Source: Candidatus Multivoradales bacterium (GTDB lineage Bacteria; Acidobacteriota; Thermoanaerobaculia; Multivoradales; Multivoraceae). From it: 64,000 bases of DNA. The position numbers and the translations under genes were made by a program. Positions 19,801 to 28,453 of the stretch are shown in pieces. Positions within the stretch are counted from its first letter, which is position 1; every line of letters starts with the position of its first letter. Under the pieces are notes generated by a model, which was not told the DNA's origin, made no database searches, and was given only the letters and a program-made list of their open reading frames with translations. The stretch covers positions 576,001 through 640,000 of the forward strand of contig CBDCWI010000001.1 in assembly GCA_965223325.1 (NCBI GenBank). The letters are read 5' to 3'.

Positions 19801-19895
19801 GCACCCTCGACGGAGGTGCCCTCAGTCGCATCTCGGTCAAGTCGAAGAAGAGCGGCGTGAAGATTCGTGCGGTGGTCGGCCAGAGCGGTCAGTGA
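16860..19895 (+). CDS. Secreted VWA-domain protein with Ig-like domains (paralog of the upstream gene)
   Basis: MIDAS 'VDTSGSM', 'TALYDAI', 'LSDGDD' and 'ELRSQYVLG'. Start approximate. Confidence 0.85.
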   Translation: MIQQPNNVPTSAAYTSARHRRRPRSALVRVAKTTLIVFWTLALALHQGVGAQSGVRQTTTFEVQSGEPPEPQSLRVLVQGQANPVVDIQPLAQSEVVIWVDLPLSTPEGLGASLSALAERADQLLALGPLHIVVADRTVETVLEPGGNARDVAFFLRRIAQQRARDAGTLLERRHELLQTLERETWQVDALTLLAEENEILTWQQDLLRAAFADRSPGRRGVLFMLRDGYDTDPLDLLRELKEPDPRFERRADFGAASGHRDLARTLSVQGWVTVPLRLGEVSGNEGEKDPLPGSQATLEDFSRAGGSRVVTNAAELDQELETLSRAYRVTWQSAQTIAEPTPIDLQATQPSGALADLRWRRWTTSVAPAGIARHRAQQIIDGFVASSGGTLADQRGDLDIEGVLLLGALGEEATLDAALDLASVPGLSAGAGMLVDATRFRLTLLTRGFDTGAKSHQTRGEGGIRATTGRWFHQTRFPVPADLDRAALVVEDLVTGAWGAVPVEVSTRPLARSGGVQRPPPPAGQPSDRLAVNNRSGSGDPGGPGASPDPSAKPAAGTTRPLGPAGLIELVPPRGDQLRGKVRFKVLLATAGVAAVRFELDGREVAIDERSPFGAEIDLGPSVAPHVVRAVAMSGGGLEMASDSYELNRPRQRTGVRITRLEQQPDGSIDTSAELTLEEGTRLDRVEFYRNQQLVLTLTQPPFRARLPATGAIGSDFVRVAAWLDDGAMLEDARLVGEDVASERIDVNLVQVFVVATDREGNPIDGLDASDFELKRGRATQEIERFSVADEVPLVLGLVVDTSGSMMPIMSDTQRAAARFISETLTDIDKGFLVDFDDRARLAHPVTGRLIDLVQALGGLEPDGNTALYDAIVFSLLQFEDAPGRRALVLLSDGDDYRSRFGWKRTWQNAKESTVPIYVIGLGGLDPERASFRKDDLEVIAKDSGGRVFYVESMDEVRAAYDIIGKELRSQYVLGFTTDGTLDGGALSRISVKSKKSGVKIRAVVGQSGQ

Positions 19896-19913
19896 AGGAG
19901 AAGAACCGCGCCC

Positions 19914-20567
19914 TCAGAACCGGTACCCGACTCCGACCTGCAGGGTCCACGGGTCGAGGTCCATGTCCTGGAACCCGCTGTCGGTCTCGAGAATCGTCAC
20001 CAGGTGACCAAGAACGCCGCTTAAAACCCAGCTTCGCTCACCGCCGAGTTGGAAGTCGGCTCCGAGAGCGAACTCGAAGCCGATGTCATCATCGAAGGTG
20101 AGCTTGATCTGGCGCGAGGAATCGAGCACGAAAACCTGGTCCGACCCTTTGCTCATCACGACAGCTCCCAAGGCGTAGAGCTCGAGTCGCTCGCGAACGA
20201 GGAACCTGTAGCTCCCGCTGAGACCGTACATCTCAAAGCGCAGCGAGTCGTGCGCCTCCAGGGTCCCCGCAGTGGTCGCCACCCGGAGCTGGGTATCGAG
20301 GCTGGCTGAGCGTAGCGACAGCCCGACTCCCCAGCGCGGAGACAACCGGTAGTCGAGCGCGAGGCCCAGGCCACTACCGCTCGAAACATCGAAGCGACCT
20401 TCCCCTTCGGGCAGACTCGATCGGATGAGATCGCCGCTCGGTGAGACGCCAACCACGCTGGCCGTCAGCGTAAAGCGTTTCTCAGGCGAGTCAGCCACGG
20501 ACGGCCGCGGCAACACAAACAGGAAGACTGGAACCATGAGAAGGAAGGTGAGGCGCCTGCACTGCAT
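19914..20567 (-). CDS. OmpW-like outer-membrane beta-barrel protein
   Basis: Signal peptide and C-terminal 'LDPW....GVGYRF'. AAGGAG RBS. Confidence 0.8.
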   Translation of the reverse strand: MQCRRLTFLLMVPVFLFVLPRPSVADSPEKRFTLTASVVGVSPSGDLIRSSLPEGEGRFDVSSGSGLGLALDYRLSPRWGVGLSLRSASLDTQLRVATTAGTLEAHDSLRFEMYGLSGSYRFLVRERLELYALGAVVMSKGSDQVFVLDSSRQIKLTFDDDIGFEFALGADFQLGGERSWVLSGVLGHLVTILETDSGFQDMDLDPWTLQVGVGYRF

Positions 20568-20714
20568 CGCGTTGCTCCTTGAGAGTGTTCAGTGGTTTGA
20601 TGTGTGAACCCGGCCAATCCCTCGAACTCGGAAAGACTCGTCCGCCGCCAGCAGGCCCGGGGCACTCGAGCGACTCCGGTAGGCTGGCTAGCAACCACCC
20701 AGGAGGAGTCAACC

Positions 20715-22307
20715 ATGAGAAACCAACCCGGGCTCAGTCAGGCCAGGGCCAGCGGCCAGCTCACCAACGCCAGGACCGCGCTCCTTCTGGGCGCCCTCTT
20801 GTTCGGCGGAGTGACCGCCCCCGGGGCGCTGGCCGCCACGCCCGCAGGCACCGACGCCTCGCCAACTGCCGACCTCGAGCACGACGAGAACATCCAGTCG
20901 GCCATCCGCCTGGCCGAGGTCTGGCTGGACGCCGAGCTCGCCTACGAACAGATTCCCGGCATGTCGGTCGGAGTGCTCTACAGCGACCGAGTGATCTGGG
21001 AACGCGGCCTGGGGTTCGCGGACGTCCAGGCCCAACGCCCAGCGACTCCGGAAACGCTCTACAGCATCTGCTCGATCTCGAAGCTCTTCACCAGCATCGC
21101 CGCCCTGCAACTACGCGACCAGGGCCGCCTCTCGTTGGACTCGGAGGTTGCGGAGCTCTTGCCCTGGTTCGACCTGCAGGTTGACCACGACGATGGCGAA
21201 CGGCTGACGTTGCGGCGGCTTTTGACCCACTCGAGCGGGCTGCCTCGCGAGACCGCGCACCCCTACTGGACGGGACCTGACTTTCCCTTTCCCGAACGCT
21301 CGGCAATCCGCGAGAAGCTCTCGACCCAACACTCGCTCTACCCTTCGGGGCGCTACTTTCAGTATTCCAACCTCGGCCTGACCCTGGTCGGTGAGGTGGT
21401 CGCCGAGGTCTCTGGCGAGCCTTTCGACGAGTACGTGCGGCGCAACATCCTCGAGCCCCTGGGCCTCGACAACACCCACCCCGAACTTCCCGAGAACGAG
21501 CGCGGCAAGGGCCTGGCAACCGGCTACGGCGGCCTGGGGCGAGATAGAGAGCGCGCCGAGATGCCCTTCTTCCAGGCCCGCGGTATCGCACCAGCCGCCG
21601 GCTTCGCTTCCAACGTGCGCGACCTGCTGCGTTTTGGTGCCTGGCAACTGCGGCTCCTCAACCTCGGTGCCACCACCGCAGAAGACCGGGCGGTTCTCGC
21701 GCCGGCGACGCTGCGCGAGATGCATCGCGTGCAGTGGATGGACCCGGACTGGGAAACCACCTGGGGCCTCGGCTTCGCCACCTGGAGGCGTGACGGTGAG
21801 ACCTGGGTCGGCCACGGCGGGAGCTGTCCGGGCTTTCGCAGCCAGTTGGCCATCGTACCGGCAAAGAAGATGGTGGTCGTCGCGGCGGTGAACGCGATGG
21901 GCGTCTCTCCGCGCCACATCACCGACCAGCTCTACAGCATCTTCGAACCTGCAGTCTCGAAGGCCATGGGCACCCCGCCGACCGAGGGGAAGGCACCAGA
22001 GAGAACCGCCGAGGCCCCCGAACCAGGCGAAACATCCCCTGACCTCGGCCGCTACACCGGTCTCTACCGCTCGGTATGGGGCGAGGCGGCGGTACTCGAG
22101 CAGAACGGCGAGCTGGTGATGCTCGATCTGCCCTCGCGTAACCCTCAGGAAGCCATGAGCAGAATCGAGGCGACCGACGAGGAGCACGTCTTTCGCCGGG
22201 TGCGTGACGACAAGACGCACGGCGAGGAGATTCGCTTCGAGGTCGACGCGGCAGGGGTCACCCAGCGCCTCTGGCAGCACGGAACCGCATCGGAGAAGGT
22301 CGAGTAG
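20715..22307 (+). CDS. Serine hydrolase, beta-lactamase class C/AmpC-like family, secreted
   Basis: SxxK 'SISK', 'LLTHSSGL', 'YSN' and 'GHGG'. AGGAGGAG RBS. Confidence 0.9.
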   Translation: MRNQPGLSQARASGQLTNARTALLLGALLFGGVTAPGALAATPAGTDASPTADLEHDENIQSAIRLAEVWLDAELAYEQIPGMSVGVLYSDRVIWERGLGFADVQAQRPATPETLYSICSISKLFTSIAALQLRDQGRLSLDSEVAELLPWFDLQVDHDDGERLTLRRLLTHSSGLPRETAHPYWTGPDFPFPERSAIREKLSTQHSLYPSGRYFQYSNLGLTLVGEVVAEVSGEPFDEYVRRNILEPLGLDNTHPELPENERGKGLATGYGGLGRDRERAEMPFFQARGIAPAAGFASNVRDLLRFGAWQLRLLNLGATTAEDRAVLAPATLREMHRVQWMDPDWETTWGLGFATWRRDGETWVGHGGSCPGFRSQLAIVPAKKMVVVAAVNAMGVSPRHITDQLYSIFEPAVSKAMGTPPTEGKAPERTAEAPEPGETSPDLGRYTGLYRSVWGEAAVLEQNGELVMLDLPSRNPQEAMSRIEATDEEHVFRRVRDDKTHGEEIRFEVDAAGVTQRLWQHGTASEKVE

Positions 22308-22358
22308 CGACTGGCCGGATAGACTGAGGTGATATTCCACCCGATCGAGAACTGAACG

Positions 22359-22964
22359 ATGACCGAATCGCCCGCCGCTCCCGAAGCGCCTCCCCCACCG
22401 CCGCCGCCGCGCAAGGCCAAGAAGACCACCCGGCCGACGGGCTCACGGGCTCCAGAAGGCGCGCGCATCGCCCTGCTCGTTGCGTCGGTCATCGGTGCGA
22501 TCGGCTTGTGGCTGCTGCTCGAGACGATGGGCGTGCCGGTACCGGAGCTCAGCCGCATCTGGCCCTTGTTCATCGCTCTTGGCGGCCTCGCATCGTTGAT
22601 CGACTACTTTGGCTTCTCGAAGCGGCCGAGTTCGCTCGGCCGGGCGGTCTTCGGCCTCGGGCTGGCGGCCTTCTTCTTGATCTTCACTCTCGAGTACGTG
22701 CCCTGGAACCTGGTTCTCGACTGGCTACCGCTCCTGCCCTTCGTCGCCGGGCTCGCCTTCTTGACCACCTGGGCCGCCGCCGGCATGCATGGCACGGGCA
22801 ATCTGGTGATGGGGGTCGTCTTCGCGCTGCTCGGCGTGCTCGGCCTGGCAGCGCGCTTCCCGGCCCTGCGCGACCTCTTGCCCTCGATCCAGCTGATCTG
22901 GGCAATCTCGCTCTTGGCTGTCTCCGCCCTCCTGATCTGGCGTACCTTCGGCAATCGCTCCTAG
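22359..22964 (+). CDS. Multi-pass membrane protein (LiaF/DUF5668-like)
   Basis: About 6 hydrophobic segments with repeated 'WP.F/WLP' motifs. Confidence 0.65.
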   Translation: MTESPAAPEAPPPPPPPRKAKKTTRPTGSRAPEGARIALLVASVIGAIGLWLLLETMGVPVPELSRIWPLFIALGGLASLIDYFGFSKRPSSLGRAVFGLGLAAFFLIFTLEYVPWNLVLDWLPLLPFVAGLAFLTTWAAAGMHGTGNLVMGVVFALLGVLGLAARFPALRDLLPSIQLIWAISLLAVSALLIWRTFGNRS

Positions 22965-23078
22965 CCACTTACACGGCTCTTACATCTTCTTTGCCCGCCC
23001 TGAACCTCGGGCAACAGAAAGATCGATAACGTTCTCCTGTCGCGGAGTGCCGTTCACCCGCGCGCACCGGAGAACCGA

Positions 23079-24614
23079 GTGGCGACCAGGGCAAACCCAG
23101 GCAACCAGACTGCCGAATCGACCGCGCCGGCCAACGATGTGGCCCGCGCCCTCGACCGTTTCGGGCTTGGCGCACGGCCCGGTGAGCAAAGGGGGCTCGA
23201 TGACCCGCGCGGCTGGCTGAAGGCGCAGCTCGAACGTTCCCCCGCCAGTCTCGGCGGGAAGCTCGCCAGCCGCCGCGAGGTGCTGGAGCGCACCACGCCA
23301 CCGCGAAACCAAGGCCCTCCAACGGGTCGACCGGACCCCGAGGTCCGCCGCGAACTACGCCAGGAGGGGCGGCGGATCTTCGAGACCGAAGCCGTCGCCG
23401 CCTTCAGCGAGCGCGTGCGTTCAGAGCAACCCTTCGTCGAGCGTTTGGTGAGTTTCTGGTCGAACCACCTCTGTGTTTCGACCACCAACCTCCAGGCCAT
23501 GCCCTGGGCCGGCCTCTACGAGCGTGAGGCCATCAGACCGCACGTCCTCGGGCGCTTCGCCGACCTCCTGCGGGCCTCGGCCCAGCACCCGGCGATGCTG
23601 ATCTACCTCGACAACATTCGTTCGGTCGGGCCGGACTCGCAGGTCGGCCGGAACGCGCAGCGCGGCGGTCGCACCCCGGGGCTGAACGAGAACTACGCGC
23701 GCGAGCTCCTCGAACTCCACACCATGGGATCGGACGGGGGCTACAGCCAGGACGACGTCATCGAACTCGCCCGCGTGCTGACGGGTTGGAGCGTCGCAGG
23801 CATCGGGCCAACGGCACGGGCCGCCCAAGAACGGATGGCGCAGCGCCGGGAAACGATGAATCGACGCCGCGCTGCGCGCACCCGCGACGGCCAAATCAGT
23901 CGCGGACGCCCGCGCCACCGCCCCGCGCGACCCAGCGTGCCCACCGCTTCGCCGGGCGAGTTTCTTTTCATTCCGATTCTCCACCAGCCGGGTACGAAAA
24001 CGGTCGCGGGCAAGCTCCTGCGTGAGGCCGGCATTCGCGAAGGAATCGAGGCCATCGAGTACCTGGCGACGCTCCCCAGCACCGCTCACTTTCTCGCCAC
24101 CAAACTGGCGCGCCACTTCATCGCCGACGACCCGCCGCCGAGCGTGGTCAGCCACCTCGCCAAGGCGTATCTCACCTCTGGAGGTCACCTGGGCGTGACC
24201 GCCCGAGCCCTCATCGACCTGCCCGAGGCGTGGGACCCGTCGGTGCGCAAGTTCAGAACGCCTCAGGACTGGCTGATCGCCGTCTTGCGGGCGGCCGGCG
24301 CCGAGGAGTTTCCGCGCCCCGCGCTTCCCATTCTGCGCCGCCTGCGCCACTTCCCGTGGTCACCGATGGCACCGAACGGCTACAGCGACTTCATGGCCGA
24401 CTGGGCAGACCCGGCCAGCCTGATGGCGCGAGCCGACGTCGCCCGCGCACTCGCCGACGGCCCCCTGGGGCGCGCGCTCGCCCCCGAGCGACTCATCGAT
24501 GCACAGAGCATCCGCGATGACTCCCGGCTCGGCATGTTGCTGCGCGACCAGAAGATCCCCGCCGCCGAGCGCACGGCGCTCGCTCTTGCCAGCCCAGCGT
24601 TTCAGTGGAGGTGA
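23079..24614 (+). CDS. DUF1800 family protein
   Basis: 'RFGLGARPG', 'ERLV.FW.NH', 'HPAML.YLDN' and 'NENYARELLELHT.G'. Confidence 0.92.
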   Translation: MATRANPGNQTAESTAPANDVARALDRFGLGARPGEQRGLDDPRGWLKAQLERSPASLGGKLASRREVLERTTPPRNQGPPTGRPDPEVRRELRQEGRRIFETEAVAAFSERVRSEQPFVERLVSFWSNHLCVSTTNLQAMPWAGLYEREAIRPHVLGRFADLLRASAQHPAMLIYLDNIRSVGPDSQVGRNAQRGGRTPGLNENYARELLELHTMGSDGGYSQDDVIELARVLTGWSVAGIGPTARAAQERMAQRRETMNRRRAARTRDGQISRGRPRHRPARPSVPTASPGEFLFIPILHQPGTKTVAGKLLREAGIREGIEAIEYLATLPSTAHFLATKLARHFIADDPPPSVVSHLAKAYLTSGGHLGVTARALIDLPEAWDPSVRKFRTPQDWLIAVLRAAGAEEFPRPALPILRRLRHFPWSPMAPNGYSDFMADWADPASLMARADVARALADGPLGRALAPERLIDAQSIRDDSRLGMLLRDQKIPAAERTALALASPAFQWR

Positions 24615-24621
24615 ACCCGCT

Positions 24622-25902
24622 ATGTCTGACCAGAGAACCACGTCGCGCCGAGAACAACTCGAACTAGACCGTCGCCGGTTTCTCCTCGGGCTCTGCGCCG
24701 GCGGAGTCGCCACCGCCACCGCTCCAAGTTGGAGCTTTGCCAAGGTGCCAGGGTCTCGGAAGTTGGTCTTCGTCATCCTGCGCGGGGCGATGGACGGACT
24801 GGCTTCGGTGGTGCCCTTCGGCGATCCTGACTATCGCCGCCTGCGCGGCGCCTTGACGCTTGACCGCCAGGGCACCGTTTCTCTTGCCGAGGGTTTTGCG
24901 TTGGCGCCGGGCCTGGCACCGCTCGAGCTCTTCTGGAAGAAACAGGAACTGGTGGCGCTCCACGCCATGGCCATTCCCTACCGCACCCGCAGTCACTTTG
25001 ACGCTCAGGCGATCCTCGAGACCGGCCTCGACCAACCGCGCGGCTCCTCGGACGGTTGGCTCAACCGACTCCTCCAGGTGATGCGGGGCCAGCTGTCGGG
25101 CATCGCCATCGCGTCCGGCATGCCACGCTCGCTGCAAGGCGACTTTCCGGTCTCGACCTGGAGCCCGTCACGCGGTGCCGGCGCCGACGACACCTACCTC
25201 GAACGCCTCGCCTTCCTCTATCGCGACGACTCTGTCCTCGCCGATCCCTTCGAGGCCGCCCTGGTGCTCGATGAAACGGCGGGCACGATAGATTTCGAGA
25301 GTCCACCGGGCGGCACCATGGCCCCCGAAGACAGGGTGACGGACCAGAACGACAACCAACGCCACCAGATGAGCCAGCGCCCCCGCGCCGGTGCCGGAGT
25401 CGACCGACTGATGGCCGCCGCAGCACGGCTGATCCGCACCCCCGAAGGTCCCAACGTAGCGGCGCTCGAAATCAGCGGTTGGGACACCCACGCCGGTCAA
25501 GGCGGAGCCGGCGGTCTGCTCGACCGTCGTCTCGAGGCGCTCGCTAGAGGTCTGGTGACTCTGCGGGCCGAGCTGGGCGACACCTGGCAGAACACCACGA
25601 TCGTGGTGATGACTGAGTTCGGCCGCACGGCTGCCCCCAACGGCAGCGGCGGAACCGACCACGGAACGGCCGGCGCAGGCTTCGTCATCGGCCCGGGGGT
25701 GCGAAAGAGCCAGGTGGCAACCGACTGGCCCGGCCTCCGAGCCTCGGCGCTCTTCGAGGGGCGTGACCTGCGACCGACACTTGATACGCGCGCAGTGCTC
25801 AAGGCCGTCGTTGCCCACTCTTTCGGTTTGACCACCGCGCAGACGCACCGCGTGTTTCCTGACTCGAGTGCGGTGCGCCCGCTGTTTGATCTCTTTACCT
25901 GA
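24622..25902 (+). CDS. DUF1501 family protein (Tat-exported)
   Basis: RRRFL Tat-like signal, 'LRGAMDGL', 'RSHFDAQ', 'GWDTH' and 'TEFGRT...NG.GGTDHG'. Confidence 0.92.
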   Translation: MSDQRTTSRREQLELDRRRFLLGLCAGGVATATAPSWSFAKVPGSRKLVFVILRGAMDGLASVVPFGDPDYRRLRGALTLDRQGTVSLAEGFALAPGLAPLELFWKKQELVALHAMAIPYRTRSHFDAQAILETGLDQPRGSSDGWLNRLLQVMRGQLSGIAIASGMPRSLQGDFPVSTWSPSRGAGADDTYLERLAFLYRDDSVLADPFEAALVLDETAGTIDFESPPGGTMAPEDRVTDQNDNQRHQMSQRPRAGAGVDRLMAAAARLIRTPEGPNVAALEISGWDTHAGQGGAGGLLDRRLEALARGLVTLRAELGDTWQNTTIVVMTEFGRTAAPNGSGGTDHGTAGAGFVIGPGVRKSQVATDWPGLRASALFEGRDLRPTLDTRAVLKAVVAHSFGLTTAQTHRVFPDSSAVRPLFDLFT

Positions 25903-27526
25903 GTCGCCCGAAGTAGCGTTCACGCACGGCCCGCTCGCCTTCGACATCCCCTTGCGCCCAGAGAACGTCGGCGCGCTTGAGGTCGAGACGCGCCCGACCA
26001 CCACCGGCGTCTTCCGGCAGCAGCTCGAGTGCCTGCAGGTAGTGGGCGTCTGCCAGATCGCTGTTCCCGGCGAGGAACGCCGCATCGCCGGCTCGTTCCA
26101 GCCACACAGCTCGGGCGCCCGAATCTCGAAGGAGAGCGGCCCGGCCCCGAGCCAGCTCCTCGGCTTCAGATGCCCGAGCCTGACGGAGCAGGAGACCAAA
26201 GCCGGCCACGGCTGTGAGTTCTACCTCGACCTCCGCCTGGCTCGAATCGGCTGCCAAGCTCGACGAGAGACCCTGCCATGCGGGCACCCAGGCCTCGGCA
26301 GTTGCCGGATCTCCCAGCGCTTCGGCAAGGCCGGCAATGAACGCCGGGAAGCGCGGATCGGTCTCGAACTGCGGGCCGAGCGCCGCTAGCTCGGCCTCGG
26401 TTTCCGGCCAACGCCCCTCCTCTGCCAGCGCGAGAATTCTCGCCGCGCGATAGAGATCAGATTCTGGTGTCTTCTCCACCGCTACGGCCAGGAGGAGGCT
26501 GGCTTCTTCGAAGTCATCACGCGCGAGGGCGCTGCAACCTGCCCGGAAGGCACTCCACCCCTCCTTCAGGAGCCGTCGGCTCGCGGGCTCCGGCTGCTCG
26601 GCGGTCGGGGTGTGGTCGTGTTCGAAGAGCACCGGCGGACAGTGCCCCACTGGGGACTCGGCAAGGGCACTCCAGCGTTCGATGAACAGACGCCGGCGCC
26701 CTGGTGCTATGAACTCCTGGGGCGTAGCGACCTGTTCGCTCGAGATCACCAGGTCGTCGATCCAGTAATCGACTTCGGAGTCGTCACCACCGCGGTCGCC
26801 AATGAACGAAAAGCGATCGACCGCACTGCGCCTGGCTGCCGACGCAGTCGGCTGCTCCGTGAGCGTGACCACGGGTTCGCTCTGGCCTTCTTCGAAGACC
26901 GTCAGGTCGTAGGTCGCGCGATCGAGGTCGAGCACCACATCGAAGTGATACCAGACAAAGAGCTGCGGCCGCAGGATGGCGCGCGGAATGCTGTCGGAGC
27001 GGTGTTTGAGAATCCCATCCTCCAGGGAGAGCCAGAAGCTGATCCCGTCGCGCTCGTGCTTGAAGCCGGCTGGCCCCGCCAGCGCCGCGTTCATCTCGTG
27101 ATCGGTCTCCGTCAAGAGAAGGGCGAAGTGCAGCCAGACACGTCCCGTGCGCCGCGCCTCGAAACGACCCAGCAGCTCCGGAAAGTCGCCATCGCCGGCG
27201 ACGTCGCGCACCACCACCGAACGATCGCCACTGGTCCGAAACACGGTACCGAGGCGCACGACTCCGGCACCATGTTCGAAGACGGTGAAGCGATCGGGAC
27301 CGGTGCTCAGATCCTCGTGCGACTCGAAACTGGTTCCCAGAAGCAGTCCGGGAAAGATGCGTGCTTCCTCGGCGCTGACTTCGGCAGTCCGAGGCTCGAG
27401 AGCGTGGGCCGAAGGCTCGGACGATGTGGCGCTCGACGGACCGACCGCCAGCAACAGGCCAGTCAAGAGGAGGACCGCCTGCGGACCGCAGCAGAAGAAC
27501 CGGGTTCGCTCTCGAGAGACCGTCAC
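25895..27526 (-). CDS. Secreted hypothetical protein: beta-rich N-terminal domain plus TPR-like C-terminus
   Basis: GTGA coupling with the upstream gene, signal peptide and helical Ala/Leu-rich TPR-like tail. Confidence 0.65.
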   Translation of the reverse strand: MTVSRERTRFFCCGPQAVLLLTGLLLAVGPSSATSSEPSAHALEPRTAEVSAEEARIFPGLLLGTSFESHEDLSTGPDRFTVFEHGAGVVRLGTVFRTSGDRSVVVRDVAGDGDFPELLGRFEARRTGRVWLHFALLLTETDHEMNAALAGPAGFKHERDGISFWLSLEDGILKHRSDSIPRAILRPQLFVWYHFDVVLDLDRATYDLTVFEEGQSEPVVTLTEQPTASAARRSAVDRFSFIGDRGGDDSEVDYWIDDLVISSEQVATPQEFIAPGRRRLFIERWSALAESPVGHCPPVLFEHDHTPTAEQPEPASRRLLKEGWSAFRAGCSALARDDFEEASLLLAVAVEKTPESDLYRAARILALAEEGRWPETEAELAALGPQFETDPRFPAFIAGLAEALGDPATAEAWVPAWQGLSSSLAADSSQAEVEVELTAVAGFGLLLRQARASEAEELARGRAALLRDSGARAVWLERAGDAAFLAGNSDLADAHYLQALELLPEDAGGGRARLDLKRADVLWAQGDVEGERAVRERYFGRLR

Positions 27527-28233
27527 TCGATCGCCTCGCTGCGCTCGAGCTCGGTTCGATACTCGTGCCACCAGCGCCACCAGCCTTCGATCGAGAGGCG
27601 ACGCTGGTCGATCGATGCCGCCGCGTCGTAGCCCCGGCGCTGGCCGGTCTGGACCTTGAGCACTCGAATGGCCAGGTTGCGCTGTTCAGGGGATGGGTCA
27701 CTGAGCGTGTGGATCAGTCGCTTCAGGAGGTGAAGCCGCTGACGTTCGGTGAGGTGGATCTGGTCATACGCCAGGCTGCATGCCGCCTTGTCGCGAAACA
27801 GGTGGGTCTCGCCGCGCTGCATGTTCTCGAACAACGCGTCGACGACCGCGTCATCGTTCGAGACACGGCCGAGCGCGTATTGGACCTGGATGCGCAGGTT
27901 GCGATGGTTACTGCGAACATCTCTCATCAGGACATCACGGGCGGCTTCCGAGGGAATCCCGAGGCGATAGAAGAGCCAAGCGATTTCGGCGCGTTGATCT
28001 TCATTGCCGGTCGGGTAGAGCGCGACCAGCTCTTCGATGGCGGGCGGGCCAAGCGCACGAAGGCCCTCGACGTCACGCGCCTCGACGAGGTGGGCAACAT
28101 CGGGGGCAGGGCTAGCGGAAAAAGAAGCGATGGGCGAAAAGAAAGCGCCCAGGACAAGCGAGACGAAACAGATCAGAAAAGAAAAACGGTTCAGGCCGGT
28201 CCAGAGGTGTGAGGAACGATGGTGCACGGCCAC
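27523..28233 (-). CDS. Secreted HEAT-repeat protein
   Basis: Hydrophobic signal, HEAT-like helices and a 'W..WW' terminal motif. Confidence 0.7.
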   Translation of the reverse strand: MAVHHRSSHLWTGLNRFSFLICFVSLVLGAFFSPIASFSASPAPDVAHLVEARDVEGLRALGPPAIEELVALYPTGNEDQRAEIAWLFYRLGIPSEAARDVLMRDVRSNHRNLRIQVQYALGRVSNDDAVVDALFENMQRGETHLFRDKAACSLAYDQIHLTERQRLHLLKRLIHTLSDPSPEQRNLAIRVLKVQTGQRRGYDAAASIDQRRLSIEGWWRWWHEYRTELERSEAIE

Positions 28234-28244
28234 TCTCCATGGAG

Positions 28245-28260
28245 AGCAAGGTGCATGCCA
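28245..28260 (-). promoter_or_regulatory. Sigma-54 (-24/-12) promoter
   Basis: The minus strand reads TGGCATGCACCTTGCT: GG-N10-GC spacing is exact, with an AT-rich tract immediately upstream. Confidence 0.65.
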
Positions 28261-28453
28261 ATTAATTTATTACCAGTTTATCTAGTATTTAGGCGATTCT
28301 GCTCTCCCCCACCGATCGGTGGGTGACGAAAAACGACGGCGGTGCACCCGCCAGCCGACAGCGTTTGACCACCTTGGCCGGTACCATGCGACCCGTCCCA
28401 GCGTCCCGTCGGGATCTCTACGCGCCAGCCACACGAAAACCGGAGCCGCCACC

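Noticed and set aside
20715-22307. Antibiotic-resistance beta-lactamase
   Set aside because: The motifs show only the broad serine hydrolase family. There is no evidence for beta-lactam specificity.
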